This document shows, piece by piece, positions 10,015-20,195 of a DNA stretch of 64,000 bases (the first letter of the stretch is position 1; each line of letters starts with the position of its first letter). The stretch comes from an uncultured Clostridia bacterium (GTDB taxonomy: Bacteria; Bacillota; Clostridia; TANB77; CAG-508). The position numbers and the translations under genes are program-made. A model generated the notes under the pieces. The model saw only the letters and a program-made list of their open reading frames with translations, made no database searches and was not told the origin of the DNA. The stretch is from the NCBI GenBank assembly GCA_904381285.1, contig CAJFII010000002.1:35782-99781 (forward strand). The letters run 5' to 3'.

Positions 10015-12285
10015 TCATTGCTCTATAAAACTAATTTCTAATATATGCTTTTGTATTTTAAGCACATCTAATGAAGAAGGTAAATTACCATTTTTTGAAA
10101 TATTTCCAGATTTTAAGAATGTTCCTGTCAATAGTTTTGTTTCTAATATATGTTTTTGTAATACTAATACATCAAGTGAATTTATTAAACCATCTCCATT
10201 TAAATCACCATATATTATAAATGTAAACTTATATATTTCATCCCCATTTTCATCTTTTAATACAAGTTTAGAATCTGTTCCTATTTTATCTGTATCGTTT
10301 AATAAATTACCTTCACTATCATAAAATTCCAAATTCAAATTTGTATTAATTAAAGCTTTTATATCATTTACAGTAGATTTTTCTAAGTTTATTTTACTTA
10401 TTTCATCAACTTCAACTTTTAAACTTTCATCTATTTCAAAAACAATATCTTGGTTGAATTCTTTTACTGTTACTTTACACTTTGCTTCAACATTTTCCTC
10501 ACTGTTCTTTGCTATAATTTCTGCTGTTCCAGCTGAATTTGCGGTTATTGTTCCGTCTTGTGTAACACTTACTATTTGAGTATTCGTCGATGACCATTTT
10601 ATCATCTTGTTGCTTGCATCTTCTGGTAATACATTTGCTGTTAATTTTGCTGTTCTTCCTACAAATAACTCAATTTCTTTTTTTGACAACGTAATATTGG
10701 TTACTGGTGAATATACTGTAATTTCTATTGTATCTTTAATACTTCCATCAATTGTACTTGCTGTTACTGTCGCTTTTCCTGCAGATATTCCCTTTATTTG
10801 TCCATTATTATCAACTGTTAATATATTGTCATTACTTGAAGTCCATTTAATTTCCTGTGTTACATCTGCTGGTTCTATTTCTATTTTTATATTATCTACA
10901 CTCCCCTTATTAATTACATTATTATCTATACTTAATTTTATGCTTGTAATAGTTGGAGTAGGAACTTCTTTTAAATAACTTTGAAATACATAGCCTACAA
11001 TTCCATTTTCTAGTTCTACCTTATCCCATCTTTCACCAGTTTGTACGCCTCTTTTTATTCTTGTTAAAACATCATTTCTATTTACTGTTGTTAATATTTC
11101 ATGTGATGTAGATGGTCCAGAACGAACATTCAAATTTCCTGATACATCTGCATACATTTTTGTATTATCCGCTACATAATCAGACTCTAAGATGTTTGGA
11201 CTTTCAGTTGCATATTGTGGCATATTTTCATATACAGGTATAACAAATCCTATAGATGAAGATAACATTCCATTCGAAGAATATGCTTTATATATTCCAC
11301 TAGATTCACTATATGGTGCTAAACAATTTGTCATATACTGATGCCAAAATAGGTCATTACCTCTATCATCATTTACATCAAATTTTTGAAGATACAAAGT
11401 ATTTTGTCCGATAGATATATAACTGCTACCTATAAATACTGCACCACCTTTTATTGCTCTTTCAGGATCTGTCCATGGTATTATTAAATTTTGTTTTACC
11501 TCTTCAGAAGCTCCTTTTCCATCTTTTGCAAATTGTAATCCGTTTTTTATTGCTCCTAATGGTTCTGGTGAACTTGTTGCTCCTATATTATAAAAATTAT
11601 ATAGTCCTTCAAACCCTGAAACAGTTCCACTTATAGAATTATGTGTTATAAATGGTCCTACCTCTTGTTTTATTCTTGATGCTAAATGATATGGACTAAC
11701 ACCTGAGTACACACCTGCATTCCAAATTAAATCTGAATATTTAGAATTCATGGTAATATTTTGACCTGTAGCTGTTTTATATGTTGCTGTTCTATTATAA
11801 AATTCCGTACCATATAATATTTTCTCAATTCCTTCTTTTGAATTAATTGCAGGATCATAAGATAATTTTTCAAACTGAAAAATTCTAACTTCATTTAAAA
11901 AGTTTCTAGGATCCATCGTATATTCAACAGCCTTTTTAGAAGCATTTACCCAACCTGCATCTATTTCCACATTATATATTCCATTATCAGTACACTTCCA
12001 GTGGTCTGAATATGAAATTGGCACTAAGTTTTTATCATTTCTATATTCTTGTGATATTACATAATTCCAGTCAAATCCTGTATACAATGCTGTAAATTCC
12101 CAATTAGGATATTTTTTCTTTAATTCATATAAATACGGCTTATAACTGTCTGGGAAATTTTCAATTCCTTGTTTTTTTATTGATGCCATAGATTTTGTAG
12201 AAAACAATATTATAATAAATATAAAAAAAGAAAAAAATACTATATGTTTCAAGTATGCTTTTTTTATCATAACATTCTCCTTCAC
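10015..12285 (-). CDS. Peptidoglycan hydrolase: GH73-like + SH3b + 2x Big_2 + C-terminal dockerin
   Basis: Paralog of 5288-7045 in its N-terminal and catalytic part (IKQEVGP...LYNFYNIGATSS...GQNTLYLQKFDV). SH3b (LNVRSGPSTSHE...GYVFQSYLKE). Two Ig-like repeats (IKWTSSN.., IKWSSTN..). Dockerin (GDLNGDGLINSLDVLVLQKHIL + degenerate second repeat). Confidence 0.75.
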   Translation of the reverse strand: MKENVMIKKAYLKHIVFFSFFIFIIILFSTKSMASIKKQGIENFPDSYKPYLYELKKKYPNWEFTALYTGFDWNYVISQEYRNDKNLVPISYSDHWKCTDNGIYNVEIDAGWVNASKKAVEYTMDPRNFLNEVRIFQFEKLSYDPAINSKEGIEKILYGTEFYNRTATYKTATGQNITMNSKYSDLIWNAGVYSGVSPYHLASRIKQEVGPFITHNSISGTVSGFEGLYNFYNIGATSSPEPLGAIKNGLQFAKDGKGASEEVKQNLIIPWTDPERAIKGGAVFIGSSYISIGQNTLYLQKFDVNDDRGNDLFWHQYMTNCLAPYSESSGIYKAYSSNGMLSSSIGFVIPVYENMPQYATESPNILESDYVADNTKMYADVSGNLNVRSGPSTSHEILTTVNRNDVLTRIKRGVQTGERWDKVELENGIVGYVFQSYLKEVPTPTITSIKLSIDNNVINKGSVDNIKIEIEPADVTQEIKWTSSNDNILTVDNNGQIKGISAGKATVTASTIDGSIKDTIEITVYSPVTNITLSKKEIELFVGRTAKLTANVLPEDASNKMIKWSSTNTQIVSVTQDGTITANSAGTAEIIAKNSEENVEAKCKVTVKEFNQDIVFEIDESLKVEVDEISKINLEKSTVNDIKALINTNLNLEFYDSEGNLLNDTDKIGTDSKLVLKDENGDEIYKFTFIIYGDLNGDGLINSLDVLVLQKHILETKLLTGTFLKSGNISKNGNLPSSLDVLKIQKHILEISFIEQ

Positions 12286-12319
12286 ATATAGTATTTTCTA
12301 TTTTTTCTATTTTATTCAA

Positions 12320-13090
12320 TTAAACACCTGTTATTGAAAATCCATTATCTACATGAATAATTTCTCCTGTTATTGCACTTGATAAATTACTAAATAAAAA
12401 TGCTGTACTATCTCCAACTTGATTAATTGTAACATTTTTGTGTAATGGTGCTCTTTCTTCTACGATATCTAGTATTGAACCAAAATCTTTAATTCCTTTT
12501 GCTGATAATGTTTTTATAGGTCCTGCTGAAATTCCGTTTATTCTATATCCATCTTTTCCTAAATCTCTTGCTAAATATCTAATACTTGCCTCAAGTGCTG
12601 CTTTTGCTACTCCCATAACATTATATCCTTCAACTGCTTTTTCTGAGCCATAATATGTATAAGCAACAATACTTGCTCCCTCATTTAGCATTTCTTTTTC
12701 TCTTGCCATTCTTACAATAGCTACTAATGAATAAGCACTTACATCTTGTGCATGTGCATAACCATCTCTTGATGTTAAAATAAAATCATTTCTTAAATCT
12801 TCAGTATTTGCATGTGCAATAGCATGAAGTAATCCATCTATTTTTCCATGATCTTTTTTAATTTCTTCTAAGCATTTATCAATATCTTCATCTAAACTTA
12901 CATTATTGCATACATATACACTTGCTTTTGGCATATCTTTTATTAAATCTTTTACCTTTTCTAGGCTATCTTCTGAACAAGTACATATAACTTCTGCCCC
13001 TTGTTCGTAAGCTGATTGTACTGCTCCCCATGCAATACTCCACTTGTTCCTTACCCCCATAATAACTACTTTTTTACCTTCTAATAACAT
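12320..13090 (-). CDS. fabI: Enoyl-[ACP] reductase (NADH), FabI type
   Basis: 256 aa. N-terminal GKKVVIMGVRNKWSIAWG dinucleotide fold and the Y-x6-K motif (YNVMGVAKAALE). Last gene of the fab/acc operon. Confidence 0.9.
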   Translation of the reverse strand: MLLEGKKVVIMGVRNKWSIAWGAVQSAYEQGAEVICTCSEDSLEKVKDLIKDMPKASVYVCNNVSLDEDIDKCLEEIKKDHGKIDGLLHAIAHANTEDLRNDFILTSRDGYAHAQDVSAYSLVAIVRMAREKEMLNEGASIVAYTYYGSEKAVEGYNVMGVAKAALEASIRYLARDLGKDGYRINGISAGPIKTLSAKGIKDFGSILDIVEERAPLHKNVTINQVGDSTAFLFSNLSSAITGEIIHVDNGFSITGV

Positions 13091-13175
13091 TTTTAAATTC
13101 CTCCTTTTTATTGTTTAATTTATTTAAATTTTTATACATGAAAACTCAAGAATTAACATTCAACTATTTTTAGTA

Positions 13176-13973
13176 TTAGCACATTGTTCTAAATTTTTCA
13201 TACCTATTTTCTACCAATTCTTCTTTAGATAATTTGTTTAACTCTTTTAAACTTTTTTGAATATATGCTTTTAACTCTTTTATAACACTTTCAAAATCTT
13301 CTCCAGCTCCACCTTCTGGCTCTTTTATAATTTTATCTATAACTCCAAATGCTTTTAAATCTTTTGCTGTTATTTTCATATTTTCTGCTGCTTCTTTATT
13401 TTTTGAAGCATCTTTATATAAAATACTTGCAAAACCTTCTGGTGATAATATCGAATAAACCGAATTTTCTAGCATTACAATTTTATCTCCAACACCTAAA
13501 GCAAGTGCTCCACCACTTGAACCCTCTCCAATTATGATACAAATAATTGGAACTGTCAGGTTTGACATACTACAAATATTTCTTGCTATAGCCTCTCCTT
13601 GTCCTCTTTCTTCTGCACCTATACCTGGATAAGCTCCCGGTGTATCTATAAAAGTGATAATTGGTCTATTAAACTTTTGGGCTTGTTCCATTAATCTTAA
13701 TGCTTTTCTGTAGCCTTCTGGATTTGTCATACCAAAGTTTCTTTCCATGTTTTCCTTAGTTGTTTTTCCCTTTTGTTGTCCAATTACAGTTACTGCACAA
13801 TCATTAATTCTTCCAATTCCACCTATTATTGATTTATCATCAGAAAATAACCTATCTCCATGTAATTCTATAAATTCATCAAATATATTTTCTATATAAT
13901 CTAATGCTTTTGGTCTATTTGCTTGTCTTGCAAGTAATACTTTATCCCAAGCAGTTGTTTTAGTTTTAGGCAT
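13176..13973 (-). CDS. accA: Acetyl-CoA carboxylase carboxyltransferase alpha subunit
   Basis: 265 aa with typical AccA blocks ([23 protein letters not shown]). Confidence 0.9.
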   Translation of the reverse strand: MPKTKTTAWDKVLLARQANRPKALDYIENIFDEFIELHGDRLFSDDKSIIGGIGRINDCAVTVIGQQKGKTTKENMERNFGMTNPEGYRKALRLMEQAQKFNRPIITFIDTPGAYPGIGAEERGQGEAIARNICSMSNLTVPIICIIIGEGSSGGALALGVGDKIVMLENSVYSILSPEGFASILYKDASKNKEAAENMKITAKDLKAFGVIDKIIKEPEGGAGEDFESVIKELKAYIQKSLKELNKLSKEELVENRYEKFRTMC

Positions 13974-13991
13974 ATTTTAAACCTCCATTAA

Positions 13992-14840
13992 TTATTTATT
14001 GTTATGTAATTTTATTAACTTACTAATTGTATCTTTCATATCTTTTCTTTCTACTATTTTATCTATAAATCCATGTTCTAATAAAAATTCTGACCTTTGA
14101 AAACCTTCTGGTAATGTTTGTTTTATTGTTTGTTCTATAACTCTTGGTCCTGCAAACCCAATTAATGCATTTGGTTCTGCTAAAATAATATCTCCAAGCA
14201 TTGCAAAACTTGCTGTAACTCCTCCTGTTGTTGGGTCTGTTAAAACAGATATATATAGTAATCCTGCATCATTATGCTTTGCTATTGCACTAGATGTTTT
14301 TGCCATTTGCATTAATGATACTATTCCTTCTTGCATTCTTGCTCCACCAGATAAACAAAATATGATTAATGGTACTTTTCTTTTTATAGATTCTTCTACA
14401 GCAAGTGTTATTTTTTCACCTACAACACTTCCCATACTTCCCATTAAAAAGTTTCCATCCATAACAGCTATTACAACCTCATCATCATTTATTTTTCCAA
14501 CCCCTGTAACAACTGCTTCTTCTATTTTTGTTTTTTCCTTTAGTGTTTCTAGTTTTTTTACATATCCTTCAAACTTTAATGGGTCCTTTGTAGTAAGCCC
14601 TTTTCCTATTTCTTCAAATGTTCCTTCATCTATAATTTGCTTTATTCTTCTTCTTGCAGATAATCTAAAATGTTTACCACAATTAGGACATACACCTAAA
14701 TTTTTATGAAGGTCTTCTTTATATAAAATTTCTTTACAATTATCGCATTTAACCCATTTTCCAACAAGCATATCTGCTGCGCTAACATTTTTTTTGCTTT
14801 CTTCTTGAACATTTATTTTTTTGATTTTATCAATAATCAT
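13992..14840 (-). CDS. accD: Acetyl-CoA carboxylase carboxyltransferase beta subunit
   Basis: 282 aa. N-terminal Zn-ribbon CDNC...CPNC and conserved SGGARMQEG. Confidence 0.9.
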   Translation of the reverse strand: MIIDKIKKINVQEESKKNVSAADMLVGKWVKCDNCKEILYKEDLHKNLGVCPNCGKHFRLSARRRIKQIIDEGTFEEIGKGLTTKDPLKFEGYVKKLETLKEKTKIEEAVVTGVGKINDDEVVIAVMDGNFLMGSMGSVVGEKITLAVEESIKRKVPLIIFCLSGGARMQEGIVSLMQMAKTSSAIAKHNDAGLLYISVLTDPTTGGVTASFAMLGDIILAEPNALIGFAGPRVIEQTIKQTLPEGFQRSEFLLEHGFIDKIVERKDMKDTISKLIKLHNNK

Positions 14841-14863
14841 TAATCTATCCCTTTCTAGTTATA

Positions 14864-16210
14864 CTAATTTTTTAGAAATTCTTTTTCAATAAAAGATGTG
14901 TCATAATTATTTTTAATAAAATTCTCGTTTTCTAATATTTTATATAAAAAGTCAACATTTGTTGTAATTCCTTCAACAGCAAATTCTGCTAATGCACTTT
15001 TCATTTTACAAATAGATTCATTTCTATCTTTTCCATGAACAATAACTTTTGCAATCATAGAATCATAATTCATTGGAATTGTATAGCCTGAATATATAGC
15101 TGTGTCAACTCTTATTCCATTACCACCTGGCAAATGTAGTCCTGTTATTGTTCCAGGACATGGCATAAAGTTTTTATCTGGATTTTCTGCATTAATTCTA
15201 CATTCCATACTATGTCCATTAAATGTTATATCTTTTTGTGTAAGAGATAATTTTTCTCCACTTGCAATTTTTATTTGTTCTTTTATAACATCTATTCCTG
15301 TTACCATTTCAGTTACTGGATGCTCTACTTGAACTCTTGTGTTCATTTCCATGAAATAGAAGTTTTGGTTTTTATCAACTAAAAATTCAATTGTTCCTGC
15401 ATTTGTATATCCAATTTTCTTTGCCGCTTCTACTGCTACTTCTCCCATTTTCTTTCTAAGTTTATTACTTATTATTCCAGATGGTGTTTCTTCTATCATT
15501 TTTTGATTTCTTCTTTGTACAGAACAATCTCTTTCACCTAAATGCACTACATTTCCATGTTCATCTGCAAGTACTTGTATTTCTACATGTCTTGGATTTT
15601 CTATGAATTTTTCTATGTACAAGCTATCATCATTAAAAGAAATTTTTGCTTCTTGTTTTACTATTTCATACTCTTTTATAAGTTCTGTATCATTATATGC
15701 TATACGTATACCCTTTCCGCCACCACCTGCTGAAGCTTTTAATATTATTGGGTATTTAATTTTATTTGCAATTTCTAGTGCTTCTGCAAGTTTATATACC
15801 AATCCTTCAGATCCCGGTACAACTGGCACTCCAGCATTTTTCATAGTTTCTTTTGCTTTTGATTTATTTCCCATTAAATCAATCATTTTATAATCTGGTC
15901 CTATAAACTTTATACCTATTTCATTACAGATTTTAGCGAATGCACTATTTTCAGATAAAAAACCAAATCCAGGATGTATACTATCACATCCTGTTAAACA
16001 TGCCGCTTCTATAATAGCTTTTATATTTAAATAACTTTTTGCTGAACTTGCAGGTCCAATACATATTGCCTCATCTGCTAAACTAACATGTAAAGCCCTT
16101 TTATCTGCTTCTGAATATATAGCAACTGTTCTAATTCCCATTTCTCTACAAGCTCTTATAATTCTTACTGCAATTTCTCCACGATTTGCTACTAATATCT
16201 TTTTTAACAT
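14864..16210 (-). CDS. accC: Biotin carboxylase
   Basis: MLKKILVANRGEIAVRIIRA... ATP-grasp protein. I moved the start to the ATG at 16210, which is preceded by AGGAGG (16222-16217), instead of the ORF-track start at 16234. Confidence 0.9.
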   Translation of the reverse strand: MLKKILVANRGEIAVRIIRACREMGIRTVAIYSEADKRALHVSLADEAICIGPASSAKSYLNIKAIIEAACLTGCDSIHPGFGFLSENSAFAKICNEIGIKFIGPDYKMIDLMGNKSKAKETMKNAGVPVVPGSEGLVYKLAEALEIANKIKYPIILKASAGGGGKGIRIAYNDTELIKEYEIVKQEAKISFNDDSLYIEKFIENPRHVEIQVLADEHGNVVHLGERDCSVQRRNQKMIEETPSGIISNKLRKKMGEVAVEAAKKIGYTNAGTIEFLVDKNQNFYFMEMNTRVQVEHPVTEMVTGIDVIKEQIKIASGEKLSLTQKDITFNGHSMECRINAENPDKNFMPCPGTITGLHLPGGNGIRVDTAIYSGYTIPMNYDSMIAKVIVHGKDRNESICKMKSALAEFAVEGITTNVDFLYKILENENFIKNNYDTSFIEKEFLKN

Positions 16211-16220
16211 ATCTGCCCTC

Positions 16221-16643
16221 CTATACAATAGCAAAAGTTAATTCACCTTTGGTTACAACTTTTCCATCAACTGAAGCTATAGCCTCACCTACGCCAATAG
16301 GTCCTTTTTTCTTAATTATTTTTACTTCTAATTTTAATACATCACCTGGTAAAACTGATTTTTTAAAACGTAGTTTGTCTATTCCTCCAAATAACGCATT
16401 TTTTCCTTTATTTTCTTCCATAGAAAGAATAGCAACCGCACCAGTTTGTGCAAGTGCTTCTACAATTAATACTCCTGGCATAATTGGATTTCCTGGAAAA
16501 TGCCCCGCAAAATATGGTTCATTTATACATACATTTTTATATGCTGTACAACTTTCACCTGGTGTATATTCTTCAACTTTATCAATCATTAAAAATGGTG
16601 GTCTTTGTGGAATAATTTCCATTATTTCATTAATATTTAACAT
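16221..16643 (-). CDS. fabZ: 3-hydroxyacyl-[ACP] dehydratase
   Basis: 140-aa hot-dog fold with the [12 protein letters not shown] motif. Confidence 0.9.
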   Translation of the reverse strand: MLNINEIMEIIPQRPPFLMIDKVEEYTPGESCTAYKNVCINEPYFAGHFPGNPIMPGVLIVEALAQTGAVAILSMEENKGKNALFGGIDKLRFKKSVLPGDVLKLEVKIIKKKGPIGVGEAIASVDGKVVTKGELTFAIV

Positions 16644-16717
16644 TTTTTATTTCTCCTTACAAATTATTTATACTATTAATTAATATATGTACACTTTAAT
16701 AGTGTACAATATATATC

Positions 16718-17179
16718 TTATTTAATTTTAAATAAAGGTTTACCAAACTCTACCATTTCTTCATTTTTCACGCAAACTTCTACAATTTCTCCATCATATT
16801 CTGATTCAATTTCATTCATTAATTTCATTGCTTCTATAATACATAATACATCACCTTTTTTTACTTTATCTCCTACTTTTACAAAAGGGTTAGCTTTTGG
16901 TGAAGAACTTTCATAAAATGTTCCAACCATTGGTGATTTAACTATTTTATAATTTTCTTCCTCTTTTTTTACATTTTCATTATTTATATTAGTTTGTGCA
17001 TTTACATTTACTTGTGGTGCTTGATTACTAGATAAAGAAATTAAATTTTCACCTGCATTTATATTATTTTCACTCTTTTTCATACTTATTTTTATTCCAT
17101 CAGGGAACTCAATATCTAATGAATTAATTTTTGAATTTCCCATATCATCCATTAATTTTTTTATATCTTCATAATTCAT
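16718..17179 (-). CDS. accB: Biotin carboxyl carrier protein
   Basis: 153 aa. C-terminal biotinyl domain with EAMKLMNEI (the biotinylated Lys). Confidence 0.9.
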   Translation of the reverse strand: MNYEDIKKLMDDMGNSKINSLDIEFPDGIKISMKKSENNINAGENLISLSSNQAPQVNVNAQTNINNENVKKEEENYKIVKSPMVGTFYESSSPKANPFVKVGDKVKKGDVLCIIEAMKLMNEIESEYDGEIVEVCVKNEEMVEFGKPLFKIK

Positions 17180-17216
17180 ATTATAACTACTCCTAACATC
17201 TGTTTATTGTAATTTA

Positions 17217-18455
17217 TTAATTATATTTTTTAAATATAATTGTACTATTATGTCCTCCAAAGCCTAAAGAGTTTGACATTGCATATCTAACATCTTGTTC
17301 TCTTCCTTCATTTGGTACTATATCTAAATCACATTCTTCATCTGGTACTTTATAACCAATTGTAGCTGGAACAAAACCTTCTTCAATTGCTTTTATACAA
17401 GCTATTGCCTCTACTCCTCCAGCAGCTCCTAATAAATGTCCTGTATTTCCTTTTGTTGAACTTACCATTACATTTTTACTTGCTTTTTCACCTAAAGCAG
17501 ATTTTATAGCCATTGTTTCGCACATATCATTAAGATGTGTTGATGTTCCATGTGCATTTATGTATGTAATATCTTCTGGTTGTATTTTTGCATCTTCTAT
17601 GGCTCTTTTCATTGCTCTTGCTCCACCTTCTCCATCTGGTGCAGGTGATGTTATATGGTAAGCATCTGAAGTTGCTCCATATCCTACTATTTCAGCATAT
17701 ATTTTTGCTCCTCTTTTTTTAGCATGTTCTAGTTCTTCTAGTATTATTACTCCAGCTCCTTCTCCCATTACAAATCCATTTCTTTCTTTGTCAAATGGAA
17801 TACTTGCTCTTAAATTATCTGTACTTTGTGATAATGCTTTAATATTCATAAATCCAGCTATACCTGTTGGAGTAATTGAAGCTTCTGTTCCTCCTGCTAA
17901 TATTACATCTTCATAGCCATGTTTTATCATTCTATAGCTTTCTCCTATTGAATGTGTTGCACTAGCACAAGCTGTTACCATTGCAACAGATTCTCCTTTT
18001 GCACCTAACTCTATTGCTACATTTCCTGCTGCCATATTGCAAATTGTTGCTGGAATAAACATTGGTGATATCCTATCTGGTCCTTTAGAAAAATATGTAT
18101 TACATTGTTCTTCTATTGTTTCTAATCCACCAATTCCAGAACTTACTACAACTCCAAATTTCTCCATATCTGTGTTTTCTTTTGTTATTCCACTATCTTT
18201 TAGTGCTTCTTTTGCTGCGATTATTGCATATTGGGAAAATTTGTCTAAACGTTTTGCTTGTCTTTTATCAAAATATTCTTCTGGATCATATTCCTTTATT
18301 TCAGCAGCAAGTTTTACTTTAAAATTACTTGTATCGAAATGTGTTATCTTGTCAATTCCACATTCACCTTTTTTTATTCCATCCCAAAAACTTTCTACTG
18401 TTTTACCTATTGGTGTAATTGCACCCATTCCTGTAATGACTACTCTTCTTTCCAT
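17217..18455 (-). CDS. fabF: 3-oxoacyl-[ACP] synthase II
   Basis: 412 aa with thiolase-fold KAS II blocks (VTACASATHSIG, INAHGTSTHLND, GFGGHNSTIIF). Confidence 0.9.
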   Translation of the reverse strand: MERRVVITGMGAITPIGKTVESFWDGIKKGECGIDKITHFDTSNFKVKLAAEIKEYDPEEYFDKRQAKRLDKFSQYAIIAAKEALKDSGITKENTDMEKFGVVVSSGIGGLETIEEQCNTYFSKGPDRISPMFIPATICNMAAGNVAIELGAKGESVAMVTACASATHSIGESYRMIKHGYEDVILAGGTEASITPTGIAGFMNIKALSQSTDNLRASIPFDKERNGFVMGEGAGVIILEELEHAKKRGAKIYAEIVGYGATSDAYHITSPAPDGEGGARAMKRAIEDAKIQPEDITYINAHGTSTHLNDMCETMAIKSALGEKASKNVMVSSTKGNTGHLLGAAGGVEAIACIKAIEEGFVPATIGYKVPDEECDLDIVPNEGREQDVRYAMSNSLGFGGHNSTIIFKKYN

Positions 18456-18488
18456 TTTCTATGTATCTTCCTTTCTTTAATTTAATTT

Positions 18489-19226
18489 CTACATTACCAT
18501 TCCGCCATCAACATTTATAACTTGACCTGTTATATATGAACTTACATCATCAGCTAAAAAGTATACTACATTTGCAACTTCCTCAGCTGTTCCCATTCTT
18601 TTTAATGGTATTTGATTATTTATATTTTCTTTTACACTATCTTTTAGTACACTTGTCATGTCTGTTTGTATGAACCCAGGTGCTACTGCATTTACTCTAA
18701 TATTTCTTGATGCAAGTTCTTTTGCAAGTGTCTTTGTAAAACCAATTATTCCTGCTTTAGATGCTGAATAATTTGCTTGGCCAGCATTTCCCACAACTCC
18801 TACAACAGATGAAATGTTTATTATTTTTCCCTCTTTTTGTTTTATCATAAATGGTACTACATTTTTCGTCACATTAAAAGTTCCTTTTAAATTGATGTTA
18901 ATTACTTTATCAAAATCTTCTTCTTTCATTCTTATTAATAAAGAATCTTTTGTAATTCCTGCATTATTTACTAAAACATCAATTCTTCCATATTCTTCTA
19001 TTGCTTTATTTACCATATTGCTACAATCTTCAAAATTTGTTACATCTGTTTTTACAAATAACGCTTTTGCTCCTAAAGACTTAAAATCATTTTCTAGTTC
19101 CTCTAGATTTGTATTATCTGATACGTAATTAATTACTAAATCGTATCCATGTTTTGCAAATTCTTCTGCTACCTTTTTTCCTATTCCTCTTGAACCACCT
19201 GTAATTAAAGCAACTTTTCTTTCCAT
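18489..19226 (-). CDS. fabG: 3-oxoacyl-[ACP] reductase
   Basis: 245-aa SDR with TGGSRGIG and YSASKAG motifs. Confidence 0.9.
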   Translation of the reverse strand: MERKVALITGGSRGIGKKVAEEFAKHGYDLVINYVSDNTNLEELENDFKSLGAKALFVKTDVTNFEDCSNMVNKAIEEYGRIDVLVNNAGITKDSLLIRMKEEDFDKVININLKGTFNVTKNVVPFMIKQKEGKIINISSVVGVVGNAGQANYSASKAGIIGFTKTLAKELASRNIRVNAVAPGFIQTDMTSVLKDSVKENINNQIPLKRMGTAEEVANVVYFLADDVSSYITGQVINVDGGMVM

Positions 19227-19235
19227 AATTTCCTC

Positions 19236-20186
19236 CTATTTACTTTCTTTTATATATTCTAAAACTTTATTTAATGTTTCTATATCACACACATTCATAA
19301 CATTTGCTTCTTTATTTTCTTTTTTAACAAATCCAGATAAAGCTCTACCAGGTCCTATCTCTATGTATGTATCTATATCATTATCTTCCATTAATTTAAT
19401 TGCTTTATCAAATCTAACTGGACTTACAATATGTTTTGCTAATATTTCTTTCATATTATCATTATTTGTATATATACTTCCATCTATATTTTTTATTACT
19501 GGAACTTTTCCTTCCATAAAGCTTACTTTTTCTAGCTCTTTTTCAAATAATTGTTTTGCTTCTAATAATTTTTCTGTATGAAATGGTCCACTTGTTTTAA
19601 GTTCTATAATTTTTCTTATTCCTTCATCATTTAATAGTTTAGTCGCTTCTTCTACCGCTTCTTTATTTCCTGATATTACTGTTTGGCCAGAATAATTGTA
19701 GTTTGCTGGAACAACAAACATTCCTTTTTTATTTAGATTTTCACATACTTTTTCTATAATACTACTTTGTGCTCCTATTACTGCTGCCATTTTAAATTCT
19801 TCTTTTGGAACACAGTTTTCCATATAATATCCTCTTTTTTGAATTAGCTTTATTCCATCTTCAAAAGATAAATATCCAGAATATATAAGTGCTGTATATT
19901 CTCCCAAGCTTAGTCCTGTACATATGTCAGCTTCTACTCCATTGTTTTTTAATACTTCTAATATTGCAAGGCTTGTTACTAAAATTGCAATTTGCGCATT
20001 CTTTGTTTTGTTTAATTCTTCTTGTTCTCCTTCAAAACAAAGTTTAGCTACATCTATATTTAAAATCTCACTTGCTTTTTCATATATTTCTTTTGCTTCA
20101 TTATATTTTTCATAAATATCTTTTCCCATTCCTACTGTTTGTGAGCCTTGCCCTGGAAACATAAATGCTATTTTCAAATAAATCAT
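19236..20186 (-). CDS. fabD: Malonyl CoA-ACP transacylase
   Basis: FMFPGQGSQ and GLSLGEY motifs. The real start may be the in-frame TTG at 20177 (MKIAFMFPGQGSQ). Confidence 0.9.
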   Translation of the reverse strand: MIYLKIAFMFPGQGSQTVGMGKDIYEKYNEAKEIYEKASEILNIDVAKLCFEGEQEELNKTKNAQIAILVTSLAILEVLKNNGVEADICTGLSLGEYTALIYSGYLSFEDGIKLIQKRGYYMENCVPKEEFKMAAVIGAQSSIIEKVCENLNKKGMFVVPANYNYSGQTVISGNKEAVEEATKLLNDEGIRKIIELKTSGPFHTEKLLEAKQLFEKELEKVSFMEGKVPVIKNIDGSIYTNNDNMKEILAKHIVSPVRFDKAIKLMEDNDIDTYIEIGPGRALSGFVKKENKEANVMNVCDIETLNKVLEYIKESK

Positions 20187-20195
20187 CCTTTCTAC

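Noticed and set aside
16186-16683. 165-aa ORF on the plus strand opposite fabZ/accC. Similar antisense ORFs occur throughout, for example 989-1174, 4359-4625, 7639-7968, 9281-9604, 9304-9594, 10607-10978, 14362-14709, 18037-18480, 22710-23066, 44337-44783, 55386-55910, 57118-57510, 58476-58862 and 63276-63830.
   Set aside because: They mirror well-supported genes on the other strand, have low-complexity or hydrophobic compositions typical of antisense frames in AT-rich DNA, and lack RBSs.
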